Virus record (IMG/VR): IMGVR_UViG_3300008267_000148
Span: 830-64,829 of that record
Direction: 5' to 3' (one strand)
Length of the DNA: 64,000 nucleotides
Source of the DNA: a virus
Lineage: Duplodnaviria; Caudoviricetes
Shown here: one piece after another, positions 1-9,998 of the stretch
Layout of the letters: each line of letters starts with the position of its first letter
How positions within the stretch are numbered: the first letter of the stretch is position 1
Translations under genes and position numbers: made by a program
Notes under the pieces: generated by a model
The model's database searches: none
What the model saw: only the letters and a program-made list of their open reading frames with translations
Told to the model about the DNA's origin: nothing

Positions 1-43
1 TCACTAATCCTTTGTAGTTCTTTAATAAAATCGTCTATCGTTT

Positions 44-169
44 TCATAATTTTCTTATTCCGTAACCAATAACTTCTTCATCTCTAATAATTGAACATAT
101 TTCAACTTTGAATAGTTTTCTAAGTGTTGGGTTAAACCATCTTTTAAACCATATGTTGTGAGATTCCAT
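44..169 (-). CDS. small hypothetical protein (41 aa, MESHNIWFKRW...)
   Basis: ORF read by hand; start overlaps the stop of the upstream gene and its stop overlaps the ATG (45-47) of a gene running off the window, suggesting translational coupling. Confidence 0.55.
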   Translation of the reverse strand: MESHNIWFKRWFNPTLRKLFKVEICSIIRDEEVIGYGIRKL

Positions 170-630
170 TATCTTGATTTATAAAGTACCGTTAATTTAC
201 CCCTACAATCACCATGACCTGGTAACCCTCTGTAATTTTTTCCCATGTAATTGTTATACTTCTCATCCATCTCACAGATGTAAGCTAATTTACCGTTGTA
301 ATAGATACAAGCGAAACCGTACCAATCATTCTCAATTATAACGGTGTACGCAGATGTCATTGCTGAACCACCTATACCCTGCCAACCACCTGAGGTATTA
401 CCCCAAGTTTGTTTAATCATATGGAAATTAATCTCTTTCCAATATCTATATTCTTCTTGGGTCATTTGGGTTGAGGTTTCTCTCTTAACGACCTTCTCAT
501 TCCAGAACTTAACCAATCTTTCTCTATCATCACCACTAGTTAGTTGTGGGAATGTGTTTGCCAAGTATTCATACTCTGAAATACTTTTCATTAAGTCCGA
601 CATATCGGACAATTCTATGTTTAACATCAT
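169..630 (-). CDS. hypothetical phage protein
   Basis: 153-aa ORF in a tightly packed minus-strand run. Confidence 0.75.
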   Translation of the reverse strand: MMLNIELSDMSDLMKSISEYEYLANTFPQLTSGDDRERLVKFWNEKVVKRETSTQMTQEEYRYWKEINFHMIKQTWGNTSGGWQGIGGSAMTSAYTVIIENDWYGFACIYYNGKLAYICEMDEKYNNYMGKNYRGLPGHGDCRGKLTVLYKSR

Positions 631-636
631 TTTTTT

Positions 637-1434
637 TTAATTTAAGAGTATATTATTCTCAATCAGAACCTCATCGTGTCCCAAACATTTCAACCATGTT
701 TCTTTTGAAACAAAATTATTGGTTCCGAATATACTAGCATTCTCAGTACACCAATCACAAAGTTCGTCAAGGGTTTCAAACACCGGTGATTGTGGAGAAC
801 CTTCACTTGTGTTTTCCCACATTTGATAACCATCACCTACAGGTGGTTCGTATCCAACCCAATTCTCAGCGAGTTTTTTAATATCATCACTGAACCAAAT
901 CTCACCTTCACCATTACAACATTCACACTCTCCGTAAACACCAAGTTCTTTTGCTCGAACTTCAACACAAACGCTACGGTTGATTGCGTCGTGCCCCATC
1001 CCTGTAATGTTCCATCTGTTAACCTCTTCGGGTGTTGGGAATGTTGGTTGTTCACATTCTACCCACCGTCTTTCTTCTCGTGGTAGGGTTATGTCATTCT
1101 TTTCCCATACATTTTTCTCATCGTTAAAATGATACCAAGCATCTAATAAATCGGATAATCTACCCGCTCTAACCAACGCTTCAACCTCACTCTCGGTAAT
1201 ATTATTACTATGAGCGTTTATGTTATACCTAGCGTTAGGTCTATATGGATTTGGTCTATAAACCGCATTGTCAGAGTTATACCATTCGTCGTGAATTTTC
1301 TTTGTCTCAGGATTAAGACCTGTTCTTTCACACGCATTACACTCCTGACTATGATAAGGGTTAAGATACCCTTTCCATACTTGTTTTTCTGACCACTTAA
1401 AATCAAGTGGAACTCTTTTTAAAATTCTTCCCAT
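637..1434 (-). CDS. hypothetical phage protein with CxxC motifs
   Basis: 265-aa ORF; CNAC and CECC motifs; C-terminal YQMWENTSEGSPQSPVF segment. Confidence 0.8.
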   Translation of the reverse strand: MGRILKRVPLDFKWSEKQVWKGYLNPYHSQECNACERTGLNPETKKIHDEWYNSDNAVYRPNPYRPNARYNINAHSNNITESEVEALVRAGRLSDLLDAWYHFNDEKNVWEKNDITLPREERRWVECEQPTFPTPEEVNRWNITGMGHDAINRSVCVEVRAKELGVYGECECCNGEGEIWFSDDIKKLAENWVGYEPPVGDGYQMWENTSEGSPQSPVFETLDELCDWCTENASIFGTNNFVSKETWLKCLGHDEVLIENNILLN

Positions 1435-1440
1435 AATGTC

Positions 1441-1662
1441 TTATTTTTCAATTAACATATTTGTGTTTGAAATCGGAACTCTCATAACAGGGATTGCCGA
1501 GTTTGTTTCATCACTTGTTTTTTGCATGATTTCATAAAATCCCGCTTCGTTAATTTTAACGGTTGATACGTTGGTAAACGATTCTAAAATATTAGATTTG
1601 CGTGTAGACCCATCTAATAAAGTAACCTCTTTTGTTGTCGTATTAAATACTAAAGTTTGCAT
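1441..1662 (-). CDS. hypothetical protein
   Basis: 73-aa ORF overlapping the end of the upstream gene. Confidence 0.7.
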   Translation of the reverse strand: MQTLVFNTTTKEVTLLDGSTRKSNILESFTNVSTVKINEAGFYEIMQKTSDETNSAIPVMRVPISNTNMLIEK

Positions 1663-2206
1663 ATTGTTTGATTTTGTTTATAGTATAAGTAAAAATATTT
1701 GCTTTATCCATCATTACCGTAGCTAATCTAACCTCTTCGGCACGTTTTTTTTGTTCACCCCATTCAATTATTTGTTTTCTCTTGGTTTCACTCATTGATA
1801 CAGTAAACCCAGTTTCTTCACTATACTTAATACCCCAATACGCCAATGTGTAGTAATCGACTTTAGCGAAACTTTTATCTTGACAAGTCTTAACCACAAA
1901 GTTATCAAAATCAGATAAGTCCATCCACATAATAACGTCTTGGATTACTTGAAATGTTGCCATCCAAAATAAATCGGGGTTATTGTAAGGTCTCGGAACC
2001 TTAAGGGTGAACCCATACTTTTGATTTGGTATTTCAGCATGAAACTCGGCACTAATACCATGTTCTATTACGTCTTTGGTAATAATTGAACTGAGTAATT
2101 TATTAAGGTAATTGGTTTTCTTGTCTTGAGCGTGGGGGTAGTAAAATTCCTGACGACTAATTTCGTTTATACTTGAATAAAGGACTGTCTTACTATTTAC
2201 TACCAT
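1643..2206 (-). CDS. hypothetical protein (start revised to ATG at 2206)
   Basis: ORF track start (2224) overlaps the promoter -7 box; ATG lies 4 nt after TACATTTG. Confidence 0.7.
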   Translation of the reverse strand: MVVNSKTVLYSSINEISRQEFYYPHAQDKKTNYLNKLLSSIITKDVIEHGISAEFHAEIPNQKYGFTLKVPRPYNNPDLFWMATFQVIQDVIMWMDLSDFDNFVVKTCQDKSFAKVDYYTLAYWGIKYSEETGFTVSMSETKRKQIIEWGEQKKRAEEVRLATVMMDKANIFTYTINKIKQYANFSI

Positions 2207-2210
2207 ACCA

Positions 2211-2218
2211 CAAATGTA
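2211..2218 (-). promoter_or_regulatory. Bacteroidota sigma-A -7 element (TACATTTG)
   Basis: matches TAnnTTTG; lies just after a terminator, 4 nt before ATG. Confidence 0.6.
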
Positions 2219-2238
2219 CGGCAAATATCTGATATAAA

Positions 2239-2260
2239 AAAACCCTCAGGTGAGGGTTTT
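2239..2260. terminator. intrinsic terminator hairpin
   Basis: aaaaccctc-aggt-gagggtttt inverted repeat flanked by A/T tracts, just after the stop of 2267..3373. Confidence 0.8.
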
Positions 2261-2266
2261 AAATTA

Positions 2267-3373
2267 TTATCTTTTATTTTCGTTGATTAGTTTCCAAACT
2301 TCCCAATTTATTATGGATTCGTTTTTAACATCAGACGCCATGTCGTATAATTTGGCAATTTTTCTAATCATGTTGTTACCAACATAATTCATAATTTTGA
2401 TTTCATGGTCGATAAATTTTTTAGGGTTTTTTTGATATTTCTGAACGTCGTTAACAAACTTATCAAAATATTTACCCTTTTTACCTTCAAACCCTATCAT
2501 AGCCTCCATGAAGTTAGTAGTTAATCTCCTTCTCATTCTATCACCCATCCAGTTACCAAAATTAATGGCGACGAGTCTTATAACATCATCAGCAAGTTCT
2601 TCATCACTTTTACCCTCATAAGGAAAATCAAGTCTTTCAAAAAATCGTTTGATTTTGTCCGATTCTTTAATTAGGTCATTACGTAATGTTTCATACGTAT
2701 ACCCCCTCATTCTATTTAATCTTTCGTAGGTTCTTGTCGATGTTAAGAACTTATAGAATTGTTGTTTATCAATCTCACCAGCCTTAACTAATGCAGCAAA
2801 CTCAGATGGTCTAACTAAACTTTCAATAGCATTTGCGTAGTAAATGTAATGTATAAACTCATTTACGGGTGTTATATTTGCAAAACCCTCACTTGATGCA
2901 GTTTCATATTTAACTCTTTTAGTTAAAGGTGTTGGTCCAATTTTTCTATTGTCATAAAAATGTTTTAACTCGTGAGATATACTACCAATATATTCTAATT
3001 TATTAGTAATCATATCCTGAACTAAATCCTCGCCAGTAGTATCTGATTTAACAGCATATCTAAATGATAGATTGAATGTCGTGGTTGTTAGTTTTTCAAC
3101 CTTAAAGTCGTTATTTAACTTACTTTTTTCACTAGTTGCCATACCAATCAAGTCCAACTCATCAGTTACACCTTCAATATCAATTTCAAAATCAACAGTA
3201 CTAAATGTTACATCACCTACTTTAAATTCACCTCTAAACTTTTTCTTAAAGTCTTTTAAATCACTAACGTCGTAATCTTTAGGTATAATCTTTAATATCT
3301 TTTCATAAATCTTAATAGCAGTATCAATCTGATTTTCTGGTACACCTAAGGCCTCATTAAATTCTTTTCTCAT
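2267..3373 (-). CDS. hypothetical protein with HExxH motif (possible zincin-like metalloprotease), putative late gene
   Basis: SHELKH motif with downstream E (AIESLV); TATTTAT at 3391-3397. Confidence 0.7.
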   Translation of the reverse strand: MRKEFNEALGVPENQIDTAIKIYEKILKIIPKDYDVSDLKDFKKKFRGEFKVGDVTFSTVDFEIDIEGVTDELDLIGMATSEKSKLNNDFKVEKLTTTTFNLSFRYAVKSDTTGEDLVQDMITNKLEYIGSISHELKHFYDNRKIGPTPLTKRVKYETASSEGFANITPVNEFIHYIYYANAIESLVRPSEFAALVKAGEIDKQQFYKFLTSTRTYERLNRMRGYTYETLRNDLIKESDKIKRFFERLDFPYEGKSDEELADDVIRLVAINFGNWMGDRMRRRLTTNFMEAMIGFEGKKGKYFDKFVNDVQKYQKNPKKFIDHEIKIMNYVGNNMIRKIAKLYDMASDVKNESIINWEVWKLINENKR

Positions 3374-3420
3374 CTCTGAATTATTTATACATAAATACCT
3401 TAATAAAACTATTTAATAGT

Positions 3421-3804
3421 ATGGAGTTAAAAATTAACGAGTCTAAGTTCAAAAAACTATTATTCAATTACTTGGATAACGAAACTGAATTTAAAAGAGC
3501 TCAAGAACACAGAACGGGTTATGGTTCTAATGTTAGAGAGTTCTTTATTGAAATGAATTTTGGTGAGGAGGACTACCCTGAATATGATTGGTTATTTACT
3601 TATTATAAAACATCCAATGATTATGAAGATATCGTAGGTGTTGTTAGTCCATATAGTTCAAATGAATTTCCTTTAATTGAATACAATTCATACTTCTTTG
3701 ACCCCATCTTAAAAATGTTCGGTAGTAAACTATCTCACGAATACGTTCTTGAATGGTTAAATTATTATTTTGGTGTGGGCGCAATAACAATGCACGGTGG
3801 TTAA
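3421..3804 (+). CDS. hypothetical protein with N-terminal LKINES leader
   Basis: 127-aa ORF divergent from 2267..3373. Confidence 0.75.
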   Translation: MELKINESKFKKLLFNYLDNETEFKRAQEHRTGYGSNVREFFIEMNFGEEDYPEYDWLFTYYKTSNDYEDIVGVVSPYSSNEFPLIEYNSYFFDPILKMFGSKLSHEYVLEWLNYYFGVGAITMHGG

Positions 3805-6012
3805 TTATCTTAACACATTAACATAACCACCAATCACTTTTTTATAATCAAAACCAACAGCACTAATTGTCATGACCCAATTGTAGATTCCGGCAGGAAC
3901 TAATTGATAATTATATGTCCCATCCCAACCTTCAAGATGATTGTGACTTTCAAAAATAACTTCACCCCATCTATTGATAACGACTAAACTATAGTTGTAA
4001 GGGTCAAACCCTGAAGTTAATATTGGCGACCAAAGGTTATTGTGTTCATCACCATCAGGTGTAAATGAATTAGGTACATAGATTAACTCTTCAGGACAAT
4101 TTTCTACGGTAATCACAGTTTCTTGTTGATTAGAAACACAACCATTGGAATAGTGAACAACAGATAACGTAAACATACCCTCATCCTCAAAACTTATTGT
4201 AAAATTATCTGACTCATAATCATTACTCATCCAAGACCAAACATTATAACCGGGTAAGTTTGAAATCGCAGTGAATACAACATTAACAGAATCACCCTCA
4301 CATATCTCGTAAAAAGGGTTATATGGTGAAATAGAATCGAGTATTGGTTGTGGATAAACAACCACATTTGTTGTTGTGTCAAACATACAACCACTTTGTG
4401 TGTACACGTAACTGATGATGTTATTACCAATCGCATTACTTGGATAAAAATCATTACCTATTACTCCGTTACCACTAAACACCCCACCAATAGGTGTTCC
4501 TTGAAGGGTTGTGAACTCATCATAAGAACAAAATGGTCCTATAGGTTCAATCACGGGTAAAACATTAAATACGTTTAAGTCAACCGATATTGGTAAACTT
4601 GGGCAGTTATTCCCATCGTAGCCGGTAACTTGGATTCCGCCAGGGATAAACCCATCCCCAATGTTACCCCAATTAACATTAACACTATCAGTTCCTTGCC
4701 CGTTGTAAATATTACCAACTGATGACCATTGGTAAGTATAACCAACTTGTTCAGGTACTGAGTAAACTTCATTATTAGAGTGGTAACAAATAGTGTCGTT
4801 ATATATAATTGGACCAACAACAGGTATTGGTGGGTTATTTAATATAACATTACTTGATACGGTACAACCCGCAACATCTGTTATGGTGAATGAATAGTTA
4901 CCCGAACATAATCCTGTAGGGTTGAAGCCTGTTTGACCACCATTCCATGAAATTGTTTGTACTCCGTTACCACCGTTTGGTGAAATGAAAATACTACCAT
5001 TACAATCACCGAAACAAGTTGGGTTAATATTGAATATTGTTGGGTTTGGTAAATTTGGCGGACCAGGTAAAACAAATACGGTATCAGGTCCAAAACCACC
5101 TTGTTGTTGATTACAGGTATTCCATCCCGCGTTACATGTGGGATAAACAAAATGACAGGTATATTGAGCACCTCCTGCAGGTGGTGTTACGTTAATAGTC
5201 GGACCTGTACCTATTGGAATTGGATTACCCACTTGATACCAAGTTAGTGTTGGTGTTACAGTAGGTCCAGAAGGTGTCCATCTATAAGCATCGTTGTTTG
5301 TCACCCATTGTGTTGAGTTTCTACCAGGTGAGGTAATACCAATCGTCCCACCTAAATTATGAATACCTTGTGTTGCGGTACCGTTCTGCCATTGGATACA
5401 AGACGGTTTATTTTGAATATGATTCTCAATATAGTTAGTGGATTCGTAAATAACTATGTGGAATGTTCCTTGATTACCTGTACAAGAAAACATTGGCATA
5501 TTTAACCAGCTCACAACTAATTTTCTACATGGAGCAACCCCTTGGACTTGGTATTTAATTTGTCCTCCGATACCAGGATGCCAATCTTGCCAAGGACCCA
5601 TAATACAATTTTTAGGTACTAAAACATTTCCTGTTGGGATTGGTTGGGATGTAAAAGTTGTTGGTTGACCACCACTAAAAGAAATCCAACCATTTGACCC
5701 AACATAGAATTGTGTATATGTGTTACCAAAAAAACAAAAATTAAACCCTATTTGAAATGGTCCTTGTTGCGAATCATCCGTCATGAATAAACTATTCCCA
5801 TTATTAGTTTGAGCCACGTAAGGAATGTTTGTGACATTATAGTTTGTTGTTTGATTTGGGTTAGCTCCACCAGGTCCACACTGACTTAAATCAGCGGTTA
5901 ATGTTGTTGACCCTACACCACAAGGTAATATTTGGTCGGGCCCTAATGACGGACAAAATTGTGAATAAGCAAAACTTGTTATAAACGTAAATAAAATTAA
6001 AAGACTCTTCAT
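3805..6012 (-). CDS. secreted protein with signal peptide, SprB-like repeat and gliding-motility-associated (T9SS type B) C-terminal domain
   Basis: start revised to MKSLLILFTFITSFAYSQ (Sec signal); PTCFGDCNGSI..GG...LCSGNYSFTITD repeat; C-terminus IYVPNSFTPDGD..N..NRWGEVIFES..GWDG..PAGIY..G.V.VLR. Confidence 0.85.
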   Translation of the reverse strand: MKSLLILFTFITSFAYSQFCPSLGPDQILPCGVGSTTLTADLSQCGPGGANPNQTTNYNVTNIPYVAQTNNGNSLFMTDDSQQGPFQIGFNFCFFGNTYTQFYVGSNGWISFSGGQPTTFTSQPIPTGNVLVPKNCIMGPWQDWHPGIGGQIKYQVQGVAPCRKLVVSWLNMPMFSCTGNQGTFHIVIYESTNYIENHIQNKPSCIQWQNGTATQGIHNLGGTIGITSPGRNSTQWVTNNDAYRWTPSGPTVTPTLTWYQVGNPIPIGTGPTINVTPPAGGAQYTCHFVYPTCNAGWNTCNQQQGGFGPDTVFVLPGPPNLPNPTIFNINPTCFGDCNGSIFISPNGGNGVQTISWNGGQTGFNPTGLCSGNYSFTITDVAGCTVSSNVILNNPPIPVVGPIIYNDTICYHSNNEVYSVPEQVGYTYQWSSVGNIYNGQGTDSVNVNWGNIGDGFIPGGIQVTGYDGNNCPSLPISVDLNVFNVLPVIEPIGPFCSYDEFTTLQGTPIGGVFSGNGVIGNDFYPSNAIGNNIISYVYTQSGCMFDTTTNVVVYPQPILDSISPYNPFYEICEGDSVNVVFTAISNLPGYNVWSWMSNDYESDNFTISFEDEGMFTLSVVHYSNGCVSNQQETVITVENCPEELIYVPNSFTPDGDEHNNLWSPILTSGFDPYNYSLVVINRWGEVIFESHNHLEGWDGTYNYQLVPAGIYNWVMTISAVGFDYKKVIGGYVNVLR

Positions 6013-6119
6013 AAAAATAAGTATATAAGTAAACTTAAGGTTAGACGGACAATTAGCATTAAAGCTGTCCTGGTTTTCAACGAAAACAATATTTCTAATA
6101 TTAAATATATTTATCAAAT

Positions 6120-6614
6120 ATGGAAAGGTCTAAATTAGAAAATGTGGGTAACACTCAACTATACTTTGTATTAAAGAGAGTTATAGAAGAATATGATGAA
6201 CCGATAGGTAGTGATTCTATTGAGGACAACTCATTTATGGATGTGTGCGAAACTTCATGTAAAATTGTTGGTATAGGTGTCCCATATTATATTGACTATA
6301 ATTATATATTAGCAACTTTATTACTTAATAAAGGTTTTGATTATAGTGAAAATAAAGTTTCAGGTACGATAAAAAGACCTGAGGTTGGTTTATTTTCATT
6401 TGATATTGATGAGATTAGGGTTGAGACCGTTAGAACCACCTACACACACGAAATTTCTTCATATAGTAAATCCTTAGTATTCCCAACCGTCCAATCAATG
6501 CAAAATGATGGTGGTTTTGATTACTATGAAGGCACTGAAAGTGATAAAGATTATCTTGATGGTGAAACCACTGATATTAACTACGACCACAGGTCTTTAC
6601 GACAAATTAAATAA
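6120..6614 (+). CDS. hypothetical acidic protein, putative late gene
   Basis: 164-aa ORF; TATTTAT at 6108-6114. Confidence 0.75.
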   Translation: MERSKLENVGNTQLYFVLKRVIEEYDEPIGSDSIEDNSFMDVCETSCKIVGIGVPYYIDYNYILATLLLNKGFDYSENKVSGTIKRPEVGLFSFDIDEIRVETVRTTYTHEISSYSKSLVFPTVQSMQNDGGFDYYEGTESDKDYLDGETTDINYDHRSLRQIK

Positions 6615-7330
6615 TGAACTATCAACGTATCTTTTCTTTAAGTAAAAAGTTATTACCTAACTATAAAAATTTGGGTAGTCCAACCGAAATATTTCAATCA
6701 ATCATTAATAATGGTATGATTAAAAGCATAATAGGTACTAATGCCAGATATATTAGTATTACAATCATGTTATTTAAAAAAGGATTGTCTGAAGAAGAAA
6801 TTCATAGTTTATTTGAAGATGGTAGATTCACATTTACTGTAACAACTATAAGTGAAAGAGACCCTAATGAAGACTGTCCTCAATGTGGTGGTGATGGTAA
6901 ATACGATTGTGATTCTTGTGGTGGTGATGGTGAAATAACCTGTAATGATTGTGGTGGTGATGGTACAATAAACCAATACGAAGATGATGAACATGAATGT
7001 GATTCATGCTCGGGTGGTGGTTATGTTAATTGTGACGATTGTGATGCAAACGGTCAATTAGAATGTAATTATTGTGACGGTATTGGTTCTACTGAAAAAA
7101 CAGGTCATGATGAGATTGAGAATATAGTATTCCTTAGCGTTAATCAGAAATTAAAAGATTACTTTATCACTCATGACACACCTGTAAAAATTAGCGATGA
7201 AGCCCTTAGTAAAATATTCAACGACGAATATACTGTTGCAACAGGTAAGTTTTATGAACAGAGTAGTGACTATTATGAAGACTTTAATGTTGATGATAAT
7301 ATTGTCACCGAATTTGACGAACTATATTAA
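6614..7330 (+). CDS. protein with DnaJ-type CxxCxGxG zinc-finger repeats, no J domain
   Basis: CPQCGGDG, CDSCGGDG, CNDCGGDG, CDSCSGGG, CDDCDANG, CNYCDGIG. Confidence 0.8.
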   Translation: MNYQRIFSLSKKLLPNYKNLGSPTEIFQSIINNGMIKSIIGTNARYISITIMLFKKGLSEEEIHSLFEDGRFTFTVTTISERDPNEDCPQCGGDGKYDCDSCGGDGEITCNDCGGDGTINQYEDDEHECDSCSGGGYVNCDDCDANGQLECNYCDGIGSTEKTGHDEIENIVFLSVNQKLKDYFITHDTPVKISDEALSKIFNDEYTVATGKFYEQSSDYYEDFNVDDNIVTEFDELY

Positions 7331-7431
7331 TTCTCATCTTCTTTTTTAAAAGTAATGAAGTGGTATATTAAAAACACCACAGTAGATACTACCCCTATTA
7401 ATTGAATAACGCTTTCTATTTTAAAATTCAT
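7327..7431 (-). CDS. small membrane peptide (34 aa, MNFKIESVIQLIGVVSTVVFLIYHF...)
   Basis: ORF read by hand directly after 7433..8143; one hydrophobic helix. Confidence 0.5.
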   Translation of the reverse strand: MNFKIESVIQLIGVVSTVVFLIYHFITFKKEDEN

Positions 7432-7432
7432 A

Positions 7433-8143
7433 TTACCTATTTTTATATTCGTAGTTTATTTCATCAATACAGATGTGTGGTAATATATTAGAAACATTAC
7501 CTCGTATTGAATCAATCATATTCTCCCAACTATATTCTGGTATACCATATCTATTACGTAATGTCTCCCAATCGTTTTTATCTTCAAACCCAACCATTAA
7601 TTCGGTTACGTACATAGTAACACTCACACTATATAAACAATCGTCCTCATTTGAATTTCGGACTGAGTCAACTTCAAGAATGAATTTAATTTTCCAATCA
7701 ACATATTCATCATCTTCAGAATACGGCATAAGATATTCCCCCTGATAAGTTGTTACGGTATTTAGGTATTTTTGTAAGGTGTTTTTAACGGTCTCCATCA
7801 TTTTGGGTGAACCGCTAGTTCTTGTAAAATTAACCGTAATGTCTTCTTCATAATCATAACCAAGACTACGAATGGCCTGGTCAACCACGGCAGTTACCAA
7901 TTTTTTAACCTTACCCATTCTACCGTCTTTAGCATCAATATCAACCTCAACGGTTATGTATCCAAACTTTGGTGAATCACCATTAGTGATAATATCCCAA
8001 CTATTTCTTGGTGAGCCATTAATTTCTCTTATACTAAATTTGGGTAAGGTAAAATTATAGTTTTTGTGGAATCTTTCCACAAATTTAGGTAAGACTCTTT
8101 GAGCCACCTTCTCAATATCACTTGTATAAATATTATTACCCAT
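7433..8143 (-). CDS. hypothetical protein, putative late gene
   Basis: 236-aa ORF; TATTTAT at 8149-8155. Confidence 0.75.
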   Translation of the reverse strand: MGNNIYTSDIEKVAQRVLPKFVERFHKNYNFTLPKFSIREINGSPRNSWDIITNGDSPKFGYITVEVDIDAKDGRMGKVKKLVTAVVDQAIRSLGYDYEEDITVNFTRTSGSPKMMETVKNTLQKYLNTVTTYQGEYLMPYSEDDEYVDWKIKFILEVDSVRNSNEDDCLYSVSVTMYVTELMVGFEDKNDWETLRNRYGIPEYSWENMIDSIRGNVSNILPHICIDEINYEYKNR

Positions 8144-8340
8144 ATTAAATAAATACTAAGGTAGGTAATATAATCGAGTTATTCAACCAAAAGTGGTGAT
8201 TGAGTGGTCACCAAAATTGTCGTATTCGTCAGGTTCGTACATAATGTGAATATTAAGATAATTTAAATACTCGGATAAATAATAAAATTCTTCCATATAG
8301 TCAATATTTATTTAGAAATAAACACACATAATTAAAAAAA

Positions 8341-8943
8341 ATGAAGTATTCAAAAGAATTGATTGAAAAATCTGTCAAATCAAAAGGACATGTTTGGTTT
8401 GAGGACGCAAACAACAAGGGTTATGATGTTAACATTGTTGGTGTAAGAAACTCCGCAACAGGGGATAAAGTTACTAATGTATTTGATGATGCAATCACAG
8501 TATCATTCAAAGAAAATGGTGAGTGGAAATACTATGAATGGCCATGTACTACAGACCCTGGTAAAAAAGCAATGTTGGAATACCATAACCCAAATGGTGT
8601 TGCAAGATTAGTAGAAGGACAATATAGAGGTTCTCACTCAATAGGGTTACACCAAGGTAAATACCCAGCATTAAAACAAGCAAAAAACGTTAAAGTATAT
8701 CGTGATAAAGATAAAGATATGCAATACGATGAGAACACAATCCAAGAAGGTATTTTTGGTATTAACATCCACAGAAGTTCTGCAACAGGTACATCTACTT
8801 ATGTTGAAAACTGGAGTGAAGGTTGTCAAGTGTTTGCAAATGTTAAAGACTTTGAAGCTTTTATGGCGATTTGTAACAAAGCTAAAGACATTCATGGTAA
8901 TTCGTTTACCTACACATTAATCGAATCTGCGGATATCGTATAA
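8341..8943 (+). CDS. putative L,D-transpeptidase-like (YkuD-fold) cell-wall enzyme
   Basis: GINIH...WSEGCQ His/Cys motif resembling the YkuD HxxxS-x-GC signature; TATTTAT at 8305-8311; terminator follows. Confidence 0.6.
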   Translation: MKYSKELIEKSVKSKGHVWFEDANNKGYDVNIVGVRNSATGDKVTNVFDDAITVSFKENGEWKYYEWPCTTDPGKKAMLEYHNPNGVARLVEGQYRGSHSIGLHQGKYPALKQAKNVKVYRDKDKDMQYDENTIQEGIFGINIHRSSATGTSTYVENWSEGCQVFANVKDFEAFMAICNKAKDIHGNSFTYTLIESADIV

Positions 8944-8944
8944 T

Positions 8945-8970
8945 AAAAAACCCGAGTTAATCTCGGGTTA
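8945..8970. terminator. intrinsic terminator between convergent genes
   Basis: aacccgag-ttaat-ctcgggtt inverted repeat. Confidence 0.75.
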
Positions 8971-8977
8971 AGCCTTT

Positions 8978-9520
8978 TTATTTATATAAAGAACTAAAGA
9001 TTGTAACATTAACACCAGTCTTATTTGTAATTTGTTCTAAGTAATCTCTTACACAGTCTTCAATCTCACTTTCAATTTCATATCCTATCTCCTCATCATC
9101 GATGGCTTTCTGTAGTTGAAAAGTCTCACCTGTTACAATATTAACCTCGGCATTAGGGTCTTCAGCATCAACCAACACATCAACGTAAATGTTCGCATCT
9201 TCAATATCGTTAATTGATAGTTCAAACTTAAAATCATAACCACCACAAACCATCCCCCCATCACCAATCTTGTGTGGGTTCTTAAGTATTAGTTCTTCAG
9301 TCATCTTCATTGCGTTTTCATAACCCAAAAACTCTCTAAGATGAGCATAAACATTATTAATATTGGTACCATCAAGATTACCTCGTTTAAATCCAAACAA
9401 ATTAAGGAAGTTTTCATCAACACCAGGTCCGAATCGTTCCCAATATTTTTGAAACATTTTTCTATGTTGTAGATTTTCTTGAATGGTTTTAACCTGTGAT
9501 TCTGTTAGTACTAATTTCAT
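8978..9520 (-). CDS. hypothetical protein with LVLTESQ leader (putative virion-packaged)
   Basis: MKLVLTESQVKTIQE; TATTTAT at 9525-9531. Confidence 0.75.
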   Translation of the reverse strand: MKLVLTESQVKTIQENLQHRKMFQKYWERFGPGVDENFLNLFGFKRGNLDGTNINNVYAHLREFLGYENAMKMTEELILKNPHKIGDGGMVCGGYDFKFELSINDIEDANIYVDVLVDAEDPNAEVNIVTGETFQLQKAIDDEEIGYEIESEIEDCVRDYLEQITNKTGVNVTIFSSLYK

Positions 9521-9531
9521 ACCTATAAATA

Positions 9532-9972
9532 CTATTTGTATTGCTCAACGACTTCCATAACATCAGGTCGTTTTACAAACTCCAATACGTCGTCTTTTAA
9601 TTGTTTATTGGAACACCATCGGTTAAAAAACATCTCAGGGATGTTTTCACTTTGTTCTTCCCACGTTTCAAAGTCATAACCATCAGGAGTTAAGTCTTTC
9701 TCAACGTCAGCCCAACTTTGAGCTCTGTCAGAAGCGGTGTCAATAGAGTGAACACCTTCCGAATCAATAAGATAATCACCAACCTTTAAATAAGCATGGA
9801 TTAACACATCATCAATAATTTCTTCATCGTCATCATATCTTGCCGCTAACACCAAATGATATTTGACATCAACCTTAGGTAACATCTCTTTGAATACCCT
9901 GATTAGGTATTTAGCGAAGTAGTGACAATGACCAAACTGATAATCATTACGTCCAAAATGTTTCTCACTCAT
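9532..9972 (-). CDS. hypothetical protein with possible Cys-His-Asp (transglutaminase/papain-like) triad
   Basis: GHCHYFA...IHAYL...LIDSEG; TATTTAT at 9977-9983. Confidence 0.6.
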   Translation of the reverse strand: MSEKHFGRNDYQFGHCHYFAKYLIRVFKEMLPKVDVKYHLVLAARYDDDEEIIDDVLIHAYLKVGDYLIDSEGVHSIDTASDRAQSWADVEKDLTPDGYDFETWEEQSENIPEMFFNRWCSNKQLKDDVLEFVKRPDVMEVVEQYK

Positions 9973-9998
9973 ACTAATAAATATAAGTGAGAAACAAA

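Noticed and set aside
8183-8242. 19-codon ORF MYEPDEYDNFGDHSITTFG with an internal hairpin
   Set aside because: Too short to support without conservation data
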